Below, one piece after another: positions 26,662-39,081 of a stretch of DNA of 64,000 nucleotides. Source of the stretch: Tubulanus polymorphus (taxonomy: Eukaryota > Animalia > Nemertea); the NCBI RefSeq assembly GCF_964204645.1, contig NC_134027.1, forward strand, positions 11,316,485 through 11,380,484. The letters are read 5' to 3'. Positions within the stretch are counted from its first letter, which is position 1; the number at the start of each line of letters is the position of its first letter. The translations under genes were made by a program, and so were the position numbers. The notes under the pieces were generated by a model that was not told the DNA's origin, did not search any database, and saw nothing but the letters and a program-made list of their open reading frames with translations.

Positions 26662-26977
26662 ATTGCCATCCCACAAGCGTTTTTGGCCTGTGCCAAATTA
26701 GGCTTCGAACGAATGTTTGAACGGGTGCCAAATGGGCCGTGCCTATTTGCCCGCAGCCAAATTTGGCCTGACCAAAAATGTCAGACCAGGCCCGAGTCAA
26801 ATTTCGATTTTTTGAATTGTTACTGGTACTGGAAGTGACTCACTTCGCTTTGTTTATGTTATCATGTGAGTGGTTTACGTGTGAGCGCGTTCTTTAATTA
26901 GGCACGGGCCAAATTTGACTCGGGCCTGATCCATGCGAATTTGGCCCGGGCCAAATCGTCTCCATGTGACCGGGGCT
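26662..26977. mobile_element. Family A MITE
   Basis: Family motifs throughout; right end CCATGTGACCGGGGCT. Confidence 0.88.
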
Positions 26978-28525
26978 AGTGATAACACCTCGATTAAAAA
27001 TGTGTGTGAATGCACAGCCTTGATTTATTCAATCGAAATTCGTCCGTTCCAGGTACGGGGTGAAATACGAACGGCCTAATTATCGATAGTTTGAATTCGC
27101 AGTTTAACTCACTTTGGAAGTCGCGTTATGTGTGGACACAGTAGAATAAAAGAAACTGCAAATTTCATGTCATTTTCATTTCATCTGTCATACTAGGGGT
27201 CATTCATTGATTACGTAGGCAATAGAGGAGGGGAAGGGATAAGTGCAATTGCGTACCGTAATGCTTAATGCATACAAAAAATGGCCAATTTTGCGTACAT
27301 CGAGGCGGGTGGGTTGAAAAATGCAAATTTCCTGAGTACATAAAAAATGAGTGATCCCTTAGTATAAATAATTGCAGCAGTTCAAAAGCATCACCGATTT
27401 CAAGAGCGTTTCAGTTGAAAATATTTCGATTTATGCGTCTAAGAACACACGTTGAACTCTGTTGTCTGTTGTTCCTCGGAGTGTATTTCAAGGACAAACG
27501 CGCGCACAAAACAAAGCAATGACAGTATTGCGCTCGCTCAAAATTAACTATCATCATCTGAGTTTGTAATTAAACGCACAACTCAACTGTAAAGATATGT
27601 CAAGGTTTAAACATCGAGGCTGATTGCCAATTATCGTCGTATGATTACTTTCCACGGCAGAAAATAGCCGCGTCTTGAACATGGAGACACAAGGTAAGCA
27701 AATGTATGTTTAACTTATTCTTGTCAGTAATTGGTAATTGGATAATGCAAACAGAAGAAATACACACACACACTCCATATACAGCTAAGGGATCCAACAG
27801 GAATGAAACTAAAGCCATAATTCCCTGAGTGTTTTTGGCCCCGAGCAAAATTTGAGCAGGGGACAAACGATTACGTTTGAATAAAGAACTTTCCAGTTTC
27901 TAGACGCCATTTTATGGCAGTCCCTCGAGGTCCCCATTGTTGCGATAATATAACTCTTTTCGGAAATGTAAGTTTTGATTGAATTGCAATTAGCTCTGCT
28001 GTCCTAAGCTTGATAAACTTAATTCATACACCATTATAAAGGAAACGAAATGAAGATATTTGCTGGTGATTCTTAGTTTTTTGAATCCAACAATTGGGAG
28101 CAATGAGGATGTGAAACTGAGGACCACATATTTTAAACTCTACTTGCATCAAAAAATCACGATTTTAGTTAATACGTGAATATCTAAGTATCTATTAAAG
28201 CTATATTTCCCATTTTGAAGAACGTTATTTGCAATTTGGGCCTGCGCTGACATTTATTGAAAATATTTGCTGACGACTGATCTGTATCCACTTGAGTTTG
28301 AAATAACGCGCGATAGGGGTCTCCCACTATGCATCACTATTTCACTGAACATTGAGATTTGAGAAAATCTAAAAACCGGGATGTTGTGGGTTCAAGTCCC
28401 AGTGGTGCATCAACGCTATTTGGTAGGAACATATACCAGTATATCAGCGTTCCAGACACACTGACCTTGGAGTAACCAGTCAATAATAACTCCAAGCACT
28501 GATCTGTTATATGTGGGACTCTTAA

Positions 28526-28793
28526 CCCTTTCAGTGCGTCTACACCGCAGTGCGGTGTATGAATCGGTGATGGATTTTGCTATTGATGTTATTAGAAATT
28601 CGTTTTTATCTCTTTTGAAAGATGGCAGCACCTGTCAAACATAATGAAATATCAGTAACTAATGATACACCGCGCCGCGGTGTATACGCACTATAGTGGT
28701 ATTCCCGTTATTCAACACACTAGGGTGGAATTTTCCCAAATTTTCACATTTTCTCCAGCACTATAGGGTATTAATTAGTCAGCACTGAAAGGG
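28526..28793 (+). mobile_element. piggyBac-like MITE (family B)
   Basis: TTAA at 28522-28525 and 28794-28797; perfect 12-bp TIR. Confidence 0.92.
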
Positions 28794-29539
28794 TTAAACA
28801 AAGAGGTTTTCACAGAAACGGAAAGAAAGAAATTGCAACAGAAACCTCCGAGGAGTACATACACAAACTTTATCAGCAAAGAGTGTTCCTCGCAAATTTC
28901 AAATTTGCTCCTCGCAAAATGGGTTTTTCGATAACCACATTTCAATAACCATATGTCGAATCGATCGTTCATAAATCTTTTTAATTTGTTTTTTCTCATG
29001 AAAATAAACAGCGAAATTAAAACGAATTCGTTTTTATTACGAACGATCGCTCTGAGCGCGACGAGGTTATTACTCAAAAATGAAAAGCATAGAAAATAAA
29101 CATTCGTGTTTACCGGAATCTTGATTAGGCAATTCGTCGTAATCAAACGGGAAAGCCTGATAGATGACTTTCCTGCCGCGCCACGCGCGCGCGATGTGTG
29201 GTTTCAAACAATTTTCGAATGGAAATCGACATCATCGGGGTGCGAAGTAAATATATTTGTCAAATTTGCGCAGCCGTTGTTCGCGTTGAGTGATTAATTC
29301 AAACAAACGCGCCGCGTCTACAAGCTGTGTGGTGATCTTATTATTGACTTATTCGACGACATAAAATGACAAGAATTATGACAACGCCAAACGAACACCG
29401 ACTGAAATAAGTTGAACTCAAGTTCGAGTTCAAATTATTTCATGTTCAAATTTATTTCACGTTTAAATTTGTTTCGCGTTCATAATTTACTTCAAGTTCA
29501 AATTCATTTCAAGTTCAAATATATTCCTGCACCGTATGT

Positions 29540-30000
29540 AAGCCGTGTTTGCACTATCACTAGTTAGACCATTTAGAACGGACCAAATCAGAGTAAGTTC
29601 ACACAGGGTTGTTGAATTCACTGCAGATAGTTACGACTGAGTCCGCAAGATGTTGCCATGAGTATTTTAACCCAAAATATATTTCAATTATATATTGGTG
29701 GCAGCAGACAATCCATTTGAACAGCTACATGATAGACGTGCCCGACTCTCACAATGCACTTAGAGTATATTACAAGCAACGATATTAGGACCGTTAGGTT
29801 ACAGAGGACATCAGTACGAAAAGAAGTTTTCAACTTGACCTTTTTACTGCATATTTTAAGAGTCCCTGTTATTCATTAAGAAATTTTTGATGACAGTTAT
29901 TATAAGCAAGTGAAGGTATAAGCTGCATTTACACTATCACTAGTTTAGAACGGACCAAATCAGAGTGTGTTGAATTGACTACAGATAGTTATGACTGCCC
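29540..30000 (+). mobile_element. Family J repeat, two partial copies (29540-29650 and 29920-30000)
   Basis: AAGC..CACTATCACTAGTT..TTTAGAACGGACCAAATCAGAGT twice; related fragments at 14310-14435, 31312-31723 and 59330-59470. Confidence 0.65.
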
Positions 30001-30164
30001 CCCCCCCCCCGCAAGATTTTCCCCCAAAATCTATATCTAAATGATAGATTTACGAGTCGCTGGCTGTTAGTCATTTGGGATACAAATAGACAGATTAAAA
30101 GATAAATACTAATCCGTTACACATCAATACATTATTCACGACCTTTTCCAAGAAAACAGCACGT

Positions 30165-30415
30165 TCCAAGAAAACAGCGAAATATACCGATTGAGACCAC
30201 AGTAAAACGGAGATGTATGCCTTACGCCTGCAGACAGCATTAGCACACAGCCCTACACTGGACCCCAGCTGAAGACGCAACCGGAGAGGACGTCCCTAGA
30301 TCACAAGGCGTTGCAGTGTCAACAAACAAATGTACGAACACAGGTTGGTATGAAATCAACAAGAGGGACAAGAACAAACCAGGTTGGAGAGCTCGAGTGA
30401 ATGCCTTATGTGCCA
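30165..30415 (+). pseudogene. Degraded 3' end of an RTE-clade non-LTR retrotransposon ORF
   Basis: Across frameshifts it reads HTALHWTPAE..RNRRGRP.....KNKPGWRARVNALCA, resembling the RTE C-terminal pattern AL.WTP.G.R.RGRP...WR..V.ALC. Confidence 0.7.
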
Positions 30416-30420
30416 AACCA

Positions 30421-30640
30421 CAGGCCCGTGCCGAACTTTTGGAGGAGCAGTTCACCACAAAAAAAGGATAGATCTAAAATATGAAGTGAATACCTGAATA
30501 AATCACTTTAGAATGGATGACTTTTCATTTTCCCAAAAAACACATGAAATCTTTCCCCAAATTCTCCCCAAAGGACTTTTTGAAAAAAAAGTTAGGGGGT
30601 TCATTCGCTACCCCGAACCCCCCCCCTCAGCACGGACCTG
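30421..30640. mobile_element. Family N MITE
   Basis: CAGGCCCGTGC / GCACGGACCTG inverted ends; inverted relative at 35634. Confidence 0.75.
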
Positions 30641-31311
30641 CACCGGGCACAAAAATGACTAATAAACTAAGTACGCATCAATTCTAGGCAGTAATGAAAT
30701 CATACAAATTTCGAAAGCCTTTATCGATATTGTAAACGCGGCTTTATTCGACGTTGAACTACTACGTGAACTACGACAACGCGAAACGAACACCGACTCG
30801 AAATATATTCATGCGCCATTCATAACAGTTCAGTCGTTCTTCGTGAATTATGACGGATCGTATGTCGTCGTCGACGATGATGGTATTTACCGAGCGCGCA
30901 TTAAAATGAATATTTATTTCGAAAGATTTTATATTCAAGTCGATTGGAATCTTTTGACAGCTTTACCGATGCCGAAAGCAGCAGCAGCGGCATGTCTTAT
31001 CCCGGTGTGAATTCGCGAAGGCCTGTTAAATGTTTAATGACACATGAATTAAACAACGGGACCACGCGACGCGCACATTCTGGAGGATGGTTACGTCGTC
31101 GTCGTCGTCATCCGCGAGAAAATTGAGAAAACGTCTCCGCAATGTTCCACCCGAGAGTTCGAAAAGGGTTTTTCTCGAATAATTGAAACCTTTTAGGAAG
31201 CGTTCAATTATTCATAAATTAAACACTCGAAGGATGTATCGTATATCGGTGCTGCGAGATATTTGCACGAGTCGATTAGCTGGAAAATGCCCTTCGTATG
31301 TTATGCTATAG

Positions 31312-31723
31312 GTGCATTGGCGATATGTTAGAGACCGTTCTAAATGGGTCTGTGCCTGGGACGGGCCAAATTTAGAATGTGCCAAATTTAGAACGGGCCT
31401 AATCGGAGTGTGTGTTCACACGCGAGTTGCAGAATTGGCTACAGATGATAATCTGAAACTGTGTATAGCCGCGATCACACGAGTATTTTTGGCCCATGCC
31501 AAATTTGGCCCGGAACAACTGTTCACACGGGTGCCAAATGGGCCTGAGCCTGTTTGGCCTGGGCCAAATTTGGCTCGACCAAAAACGTCGGACCAGACCC
31601 GAGCCAAATTGTGTGTGTGTGTGGGTGGATGTATTGTTCTGATTTGGTCTGTTCCAAATTTGACAAGTTCCAGGTAGAGGCCAATTGAGAAAGGTCTAAC
31701 TAGCGATAGTACGAATACGCTTA
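31312..31723. mobile_element. Family J element interrupted by a partial family A MITE (31467-31610)
   Basis: J motifs on both sides of AGCCGCGATCACACGAG...GAGCCAAATT. Confidence 0.7.
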
Positions 31724-33122
31724 ATGTACCAATATACCCAGGCCTCCAATAATAACATGTAGATCAAAATCCACAAAATAGAAATTTAAAAGACCAGATC
31801 CGAAATATATCTATCGAAAAACATGCAATTCTAAGCGTGACAATGGCAGAACTATTTGCTATTGTGATTAGGTTCCAGCCAGGGCGAGCATCCCGAAAAA
31901 TACAAAATGTGCCAACAATTATGTAAAGTCAGTACAATTTTTGAAATCAATCCCCAACGAATAACTGACGTTGCTAGAAACCAGAGCAACTTTCAGGATA
32001 CTACGGCGTACGAATCGGATATCAATCCTGTCGGTTGTGATTCTTTTTGTCGAGACGACGGTAACAGTAGCTCCCTACGGATCTAAAAAGCCGGTGCAGA
32101 CGCCGGCGAATCATTTCGACATTATCTCGACTTAAAACTTGAAAATATTCCCGACGGACACGAGGAATCGTATGCACAGGAATAAAAAATTTGACATCCC
32201 GCTCATAATTATCTAAAACTATCCGAGACGAGACGTCACTTGGTCGACGTTGATAACAGGCAGAAATTGTTCTCGATGACTTGATTTTATTTCTAAACGA
32301 AATTTCCACCGATGGCTGTACTACTTCATCGGCGCTGTTGAACTACATTTTGGAAAATATGCCCCGAAGACGATACAAACACGAAATACGCAGAAGAACA
32401 GCGTATTCGCAAACTTTTTGCGTCCTCGACGTCAGAGCCATTTCATCCTCAAATTTGATCATCCTTAAACAACGCTTCCGGGAAAATGGATTACTGAAGT
32501 TACAGCATCATAAAAAATTGATGGCCTGTCTCTCACAGGAGAAGCTATTGGACATTTTTTTTCTTCTCTTATACTTAAGATCGGGAGGGATTACGTCAAC
32601 GCTTAATAACCTTCAGGCCGTACGCAAAAATCGCTGAGAATCGCTGATATATAATTCGATCCGGGTTTCCATTAACCCAGAACCATAAGTCTGTCATAGC
32701 GGCCACCGGTTGGCCGAGTGCGTAAATTCTTCGGACATCGACGATATCGCGGCGAGAACTCCGTTATAGAACATCATACTACGGGATACTATCACTTTTA
32801 TTATTACTATTATTATTATTATTATTTCAATCAATAGGAAACCCACATTGTGTATTCATCCTTCTTTATTTACGAATAAAATTACATCAGGCTGTATAGT
32901 GACAGCGATACAAATAGAGCGTAAACATCATTGGAATCGCGGGGAAATTCGGTTATGAAAAACCATTACGCAGCATACTATTATCATTATTATTATCTTT
33001 TATTTCATGGTTCCTACAGTTACATGAATTGAAAATTCCCAGGTTATTCCCAAGTGTTTCATGGAGGATTTTTCAATTTTCCCAAAATAAAAATGGTGTC
33101 TTCATAAAAGTGAAAAGATATT

Positions 33123-33280
33123 CAGGAGAGAATCCCACAATGATAATAAAAAGTCCGAAAATGAAACTTCGAGATAGTAGTTTATTCAACGTTTCGACTA
33201 TATCCTAATAGTCATCTTCAGGAATAATGTGGGATTCTCTCCTCATCGCGTCAACGCGGATATTGTGTTTTACCTATCGT
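33123..33280. mobile_element. 158-bp Penelope-like non-autonomous insertion
   Basis: 13-bp TSD GTGAAAAGATATT (33110-33122, 33281-33293); GGAGAGAATCCCACA / TGTGGGATTCTCTCC inverted repeat; hammerhead motif inside. Confidence 0.75.
33182..33227 (-). ncRNA. Minimal type-I hammerhead ribozyme motif
   Basis: Minus strand: UUAUUC-CUGAAGA-U-GACUAU(uaggau)AUAGUC-GAAA-CG-UU-GAAUAA; 6-bp stem I, 6-bp stem II, self-complementary ACGU in place of stem III. Confidence 0.7.
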
Positions 33281-33749
33281 GTGAAAAGATATTGTCATAG
33301 TCAACATTTTAGTGGTGATCAGTTGATTAAAAGGTGATTTTCAAGGGAAATCGGTGAAGAAACAAATGTAATACGTGAAATGTAAATGAATTTCCAAAAT
33401 TTACCCGATTTGAGAATTTCTCAAATTCCCAAGTTTTTCCCTATTTCCCTGTTCTGTGGGAACCACGTTTATATACAAATTTAATTACATCATACCACAT
33501 TGCGACAACGATACAAATAGATCATAAACAGCATTGGAATGATTCCCACGACAATACTTCGATTCAATTAAATTCATCATGCTTATTTCACGGAAAAGCA
33601 GAACACGATAAAATCAGGAGAAAAACAAACAATTCAAAAATGAGGGAACGAAAAACAAATTTACAAATATATTGGCGCGCGTTTTTCAATGTTGGCCTCG
33701 CAAAGCCATTAGAGGCCGCGACCAATGAAATGAGAAAAACTATTTGAAT

Positions 33750-34013
33750 TTGAATACCTTTAATACCCTTGATATTCTGAAAAACCCAACGGTCAAATTA
33801 GCTAAATTCATTAAGACCGGCTTAGATGTATATAGATCCCTGCAATAGTATATATAGTATTGTAAATAGTTGATGTATATATATTTTAATCACTTCAGTG
33901 TTGTAGTGTAATAGTTTTGTGTAATAGTGTGTAATAGTTTTCCTCCATATACCATGGAAATGGTTGGAGTGTAAATAAAATCGTAATCGTAATCGTAATC
34001 GTAATCGTAATCG
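33750..34013 (+). mobile_element. 5'-truncated LINE 3' end (CR1/L2-group-like) with (ATCGTA)n tail
   Basis: Open frame NTFNTLDILKNPTVKLAKFIKTGLDVYRSLQ*, AT-rich UTR, CTCCA..ACCAT/ATGGT-TGGAG hairpin, AATAAA and then 5+ ATCGTA units. Confidence 0.6.
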
Positions 34014-34819
34014 AAGAGGAGAGAACGTGAGAAAAGAATATGCAAGACATAATAAGAAGTTGCTGAGGAGAAATTATAGAAGAAGTAGGTTATGAAGAGA
34101 CACTAAGTTGATGTATCGGCGAATTGGGAGCAATCGTAACAGGCTGGGTTGTTGCTGATTACGTTCGTATCGCATTTGGTGGTGGGTGTGATTTTAGATG
34201 GCGTTTACAGCTTCGATCACAATTCACATGACCAATTTTTGGCCCGATAAAAAAGGTTGGATCAGGATCGAGCCAAATTTTACCACGGGACAAATGATTG
34301 CGTTTGAATGGCAGCTGGTAGCGGTAATGACCCACTTCTCTTCATTTAATTCGCTCCATTTGATATCATGACATTTTTATTGTCTATACTATCTATTCAT
34401 TAATTTCATTAAAATTTTTATGGAAATAAATCATATCATATCGTAAAATCTCATATCTATTTGATAGCTTGTTCAATAAGATTTGGAATTGAAACGAACT
34501 AATTTTCGCCAAAGTACATATGCTAATTCAACTGGTGACTGATTACTGCGATACTTTTCCACTTTTTAAAACTATAAAAATAACAAACTTCAAAGTAGCC
34601 TATTTTATATAACTGATAACTAGAGATTCACACAGTAAGAATGTTGCCAAAGTTGTCAAAATCCATCAAATAACCAGTGAAATATAATAAATAAACCACG
34701 CATCACAAATAGTTTTTACAAAGGAGAAAAAATGAGCCGACAATGCTGGACAAAAATACTCGAACAAAATGGCGGCTAGCAACTGTAAAATTGTTTATCG
34801 CCATTTCTCACTAGAAATC

Positions 34820-35134
34820 CAGGGGCGTAGAAACAGGTACGATTGTATGGCGCTCGCCGTACCAAAATTTTTGTAACACGTTGTTAAAAAGTTATGGCTT
34901 GTCCATGTGGGAGTTTATTGATTGAATAATTGAAGATTCAACATGTAATTTTCAATTTTCGTACTTCAAAAATGGAAAATAAGAAGTATTTAACATGGCT
35001 CAGAATGCATGAAATGGCCCTAAATTGGAGTTCAAATCTAAAGATTTTCTGGGGGAGGCCTTTGTACTACTCGCGTATACGGCGCGCGGTAGATAATCCG
35101 CTGGACCATCACTAAATAGGTTGCTACACCCCTG
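34820..35134. mobile_element. MITE with CAGGGGCGTAG / CTACACCCCTG ends
   Basis: 11-bp inverted termini with 1 mismatch. Confidence 0.65.
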
Positions 35135-35237
35135 AAATGGAAAGTTACGTCGGTTTATATCGCGCAAAGTTTTACATTTTTCTGATAATACAGCGCGTAG
35201 TGTTCCCGATAACCAGCAGAGGGAGCCGACAGCGCAT

Positions 35238-35302
35238 AACCAATCACGAACTCACCAGGAAATCTATATAAAGCCGAACACATGGCTGGCGAGCATCAGT
35301 TA
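35238..35302 (+). promoter_or_regulatory. Pol II core promoter: CCAAT box, TATA box and initiator (predicted TSS 35298)
   Basis: CCAAT 35240-35244, TATATAAAG 35265-35273, TCAGTT 35296-35301; TATAAA starts 31 nt upstream of the Inr A. Confidence 0.65.
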
Positions 35303-35633
35303 TACGAGGGATTCTAAACAAAACGCACACACGCGCGCATACACAACAAGATTCCATTTCTCGGGGAAAAAATATTTCAGGAAACGAGGATTTTGATCTA
35401 CGATCGCAACCGTTGCGTTAACTGTTTCAACTCTCATGCGGGAAAACGGTTGCCTTAGTTACGGACGCCGGAGCATTTTTGTCGACGATTTATCAAATAA
35501 CACACGTAGGTCTTGAATGTCATTGTTGTATTGTTCAGAGGTAACAATAATTTTTTTTGCGAAAAATTCCGTTTTCAAGGACGGTCATTTTGTGAAACGA
35601 GTTAAAATCGGGCTATTTGTCCGCACAGTCTAA

Positions 35634-36018
35634 CAGGCCCGTGCTGAGGGGCAGGGGGTCGGGGTTCCCTAAAATTTTCAAAGTGACCTTAAAAAACTAA
35701 GTTTGGGTCAAGATTTTTCAAAATTTGGATACAAGTTTTTTTCGGGAAAATTAAAGTACATTGTAATCCATTCTCAAATGATTTACTCAGGTACCATACT
35801 TAGAATTTTCTAAGGGGGAATTTAGACTTACAATAAATTTCATAAATTCAACGTCATAAAAATTGTAAACTAGACGTTAAACAACCTTAACTTGAAATTG
35901 ACTACCTTGTTTAAGTTGAGGTTATAAAAAATCATATTCAAGACCTGTCCTTTTCAATAGGAAAGAGACCCGTTTACACAACGACCTTGTTTCTTGAAAA
36001 AAGCTCGGCACGAACCTG
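35634..36018. mobile_element. Family N MITE
   Basis: CAGGCCCGTGC / GCACGAACCTG ends; internal match to 30421-30640 in reverse. Confidence 0.75.
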
Positions 36019-36290
36019 TCTCACGGTCGCTAGAAGACCAGAATTCGGAAAAATTGAATGAATTCATCCTCGATTATTCACAAAGCAGCCAATTACCATA
36101 TTCATTAACGATTCATGTTTTCTAATCAGTCAGCGTAAATCATGCATGAATTTCATTACCGTATTTTACGAATTTAAAATTTATAACTATAAAAGACCTT
36201 CGAAATTGTGTCTTTCCCTAACGCATGATTTGTGTCAATATTCGACAATTCTTCACCAACATATACAAATAATTCTTCTAGGTAGTGTTA

Positions 36291-36568
36291 AGCCATGATC
36301 ACACAAGCGTTTTTGGCCCACACCAAATTTACCCCGACCAAAAATGTTGGAGCAGGTCCAAGCCAAATTTTAGCATGGGACAAATGATTGCGTTTGAATT
36401 GCAACTGGTGCTGGAAGTGACCCACTTCGCTTCGTTTAAGCATTGTTTAGTATCGAGTGAGTGATTAACACGTGAATGCGCTCTGTAATTAGGCACGGGC
36501 CAAATTTGGCTCGAGCCTGTTCCGTGCGAATTTGGCCCACGCCAAATCGTCTCCGTGTGATCGCGGCT
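36291..36568. mobile_element. Family A MITE with TTA TSD
   Basis: AGCCATGATCACAC / GTGTGATCGCGGCT; TTA at 36288-36290 and 36569-36571. Confidence 0.92.
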
Positions 36569-37419
36569 TTAGGGTATGTTTTACAGAAGACAGGGGAAGC
36601 TTCGAGTCTACAGTAGGTACGCGTTAGGATATGGGTAGTTTTAGGATAAGGGAAAGATAATGGCATTTCTTCGTTCACAGCAGGCGTGTCAGTGGGTTTG
36701 TAGGGGAGACGTACGAAATAGGTATAAATCAAATCAATCTACCGAAAAAGAAAAATGGGACTAATATCTTTTTTTAAGTTTTGAGATACTATGGATGGTT
36801 GTCCATTATATCGCAAAACGAAAAAAGGAATATTAGGCTGTATGACACGATCTGTGGGGGAGGTGGTGGTGGATAGCAATGACAGTGAAAGTATGATAAC
36901 ATAGAATACGATATGATTAGTCGAAGTCAAATAGGCGGGATAAAAACCTGAGAATCGAAACAAAAACCAGCTTCCACTGAAGTTTGCCCTTTCATTTGCA
37001 GGCAGAGCATCATTGACTAGTGTGTTAGAAAATTAATCTCCTGCTTCGGCTGTTAAAACAAATCTATCTAATCAAAGGACGTGCATTTCGCAAAACTACG
37101 CTCACGCTCGCGCGTTCGTTCGGAATATCAGATGATTTATATACCAACTCGGATATATTACGATACGCCGACGACGCTGTAGTAGTAACAATGGTAAGTT
37201 TCATATTTGTCACGCATCAGTGGTCACAAGGTTTGCCGTCAGATAATGGTATCAGTGTCGCCGGGTGCACCGACCTCGTTACTAGAGACAACGATGACGA
37301 TCGAAATTATGTGTTACGGCGAACTTCGAATTATTCGGGATCGATTGAATTTCATCCCGGTTCCCGTGAGAAATTCGGAAACGTTATTTATCTGCCACTT
37401 TCCGCCCATTTACGAATGC

Positions 37420-37881
37420 CCAGAGTTTTCGCTGATTTTTCCATGTGATTGCAAAAAATTCCAGTGAATCAAAGAAATTTCTATCAATAGCATCATCCGA
37501 GTTCCCGAGATTTCCCTGATTTTTTTTTCAGATTTTCCGATATCCAGAGTTTTCCAGGTTTTCGGTACAATTTACCAAATTCCCAGAGTGAATCAGAAAA
37601 ACATCCGAGGCTTTAGATGTTACGATTCATTCATCTCTTCGATTGAATCACGTACAAATAAACAAACACGTGGTCAATAGAATTACGCAAATTTTCCAGG
37701 TTTTTGGTACAATTTACCAAATTCCCAGAGTAAATCAGAAAAACTTCTAGGTTTTGGATGTACAGTTCATTCATTTTTCCAATTGAAACATATGGTCAAT
37801 AGCATTATCCGACTTCCCGAGATTTAACTGATTTTTTCTAGATTTTCCAAATTCGCCAGTTTTCCAGGTTCTTCCACCCTG
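37420..37881. repeat. Family H-related region with internal tandem ~140-bp repeats
   Basis: TTTTCCAGGTTTT(C/T)GGTACAATTTACCAAATTCCCAGAGT at about 37550 and 37692; ends CCACCCTG. Confidence 0.7.
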
Positions 37882-39081
37882 CTTTATAATCCGTATCAGA
37901 CGCGACATTCTACGTAAATCTAAGTAAAGATCATATAAGTAACATCTAAATCGATCGCTTTGAATACTCATTTCAAAAGCGGTTCATACAATATATCGAA
38001 TATGTCCTAAGATCCGAACGTTCAGCCATCTTATAAGTGATCAGTACATCCTGCTATGAAGCTCGAGGTGATTCGCTGAATAGTCTGAATACTATATACC
38101 CCGGGACGCTCTTCCCAATATCGCTCGACAACGTTCTCATAAATCAAGCGCAACAAATGCCGGAAGGTGAAGAACATATACAGAAGCGCGGTATCGTGTG
38201 CGCGCTTCTTATTATGACGTGTTCCCCGCTTGAAGATATTTACATCGCGAATTAATAGTAATTATCGTAACAAGGCTGAACTTGAGACCTTTTCTCCTCA
38301 TTCTTATCGACGGCACTGCCGATGATCGGTTCTCAGAATTCATGTCTGCGTTTGCGTTGAACTCTGAGAACGCCATTAGAACTTGGAGTAATTACGCCCA
38401 AGATTGATGAAGATTTTACTCATTATTAGTATTGAATCGATTTTTCTGAACGACGATTTTTGCCAAAATTACTAATTCATGCAGGTGTAGAGTATGTAGA
38501 ATGTGAAATAAACAAAAATGACAACTTTAACTCGAGATTGACTATCTATAGTTACACAATGTGGACTACATACCACTAAGTTATCCCAAAAGATGGTGCG
38601 CGCGTATCAGCGCGACAACCCTATTAAAATCTATTTCATTTTCGATGAACTTTCATCTAGATTTTTAGCCTCCCTCATCAGAAATTAGGCAAATCACTCC
38701 TCTTGATAAACTCAGAGATGATCTTTAGATCTTTAGATCACATATAGGGTGAATTCGAGAAATTGTGGATAGATTTTAATCGAATCTGAGAAGAAATCTG
38801 GGAGTTGTTGTCCGAATGCACACTAACGACAATCGGTGGATCCACGCTTGCCACAAATGGAATCCTCGATTGCCGCAGTCGAACATGTAGAGTCCTCATT
38901 GAAATAGCTTCAGATACTGCGTATAAAGCGGTATACATGAATAAGGCATACACCTGTCAGTTAATCTTCTTCAATAGCCGATCACATCCGGGAAAATCAT
39001 CTCATACGTCTGACTGCCTGCCGCTGAAATGTCAGCAATTCTTTATCTAACGCCTGAGCTGTAAAACCGTTAGGGAGCGTA

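Larger units (their letters stand above)
33006..33467. mobile_element. Family H TIR element hosting a ribozyme-bearing insertion
   Basis: CATGGTTCCTACAG / CTGTGGGAACCACG ends; AAATTCCC/TTTTCC motifs also at 19145, 37420-37881 and 45872. Confidence 0.7.

Noticed and set aside
28370-28410. tRNA/SINE-like GGGTTCAAGTCCC fragment
   Set aside because: Too short, with no recognisable 5' half or SINE body
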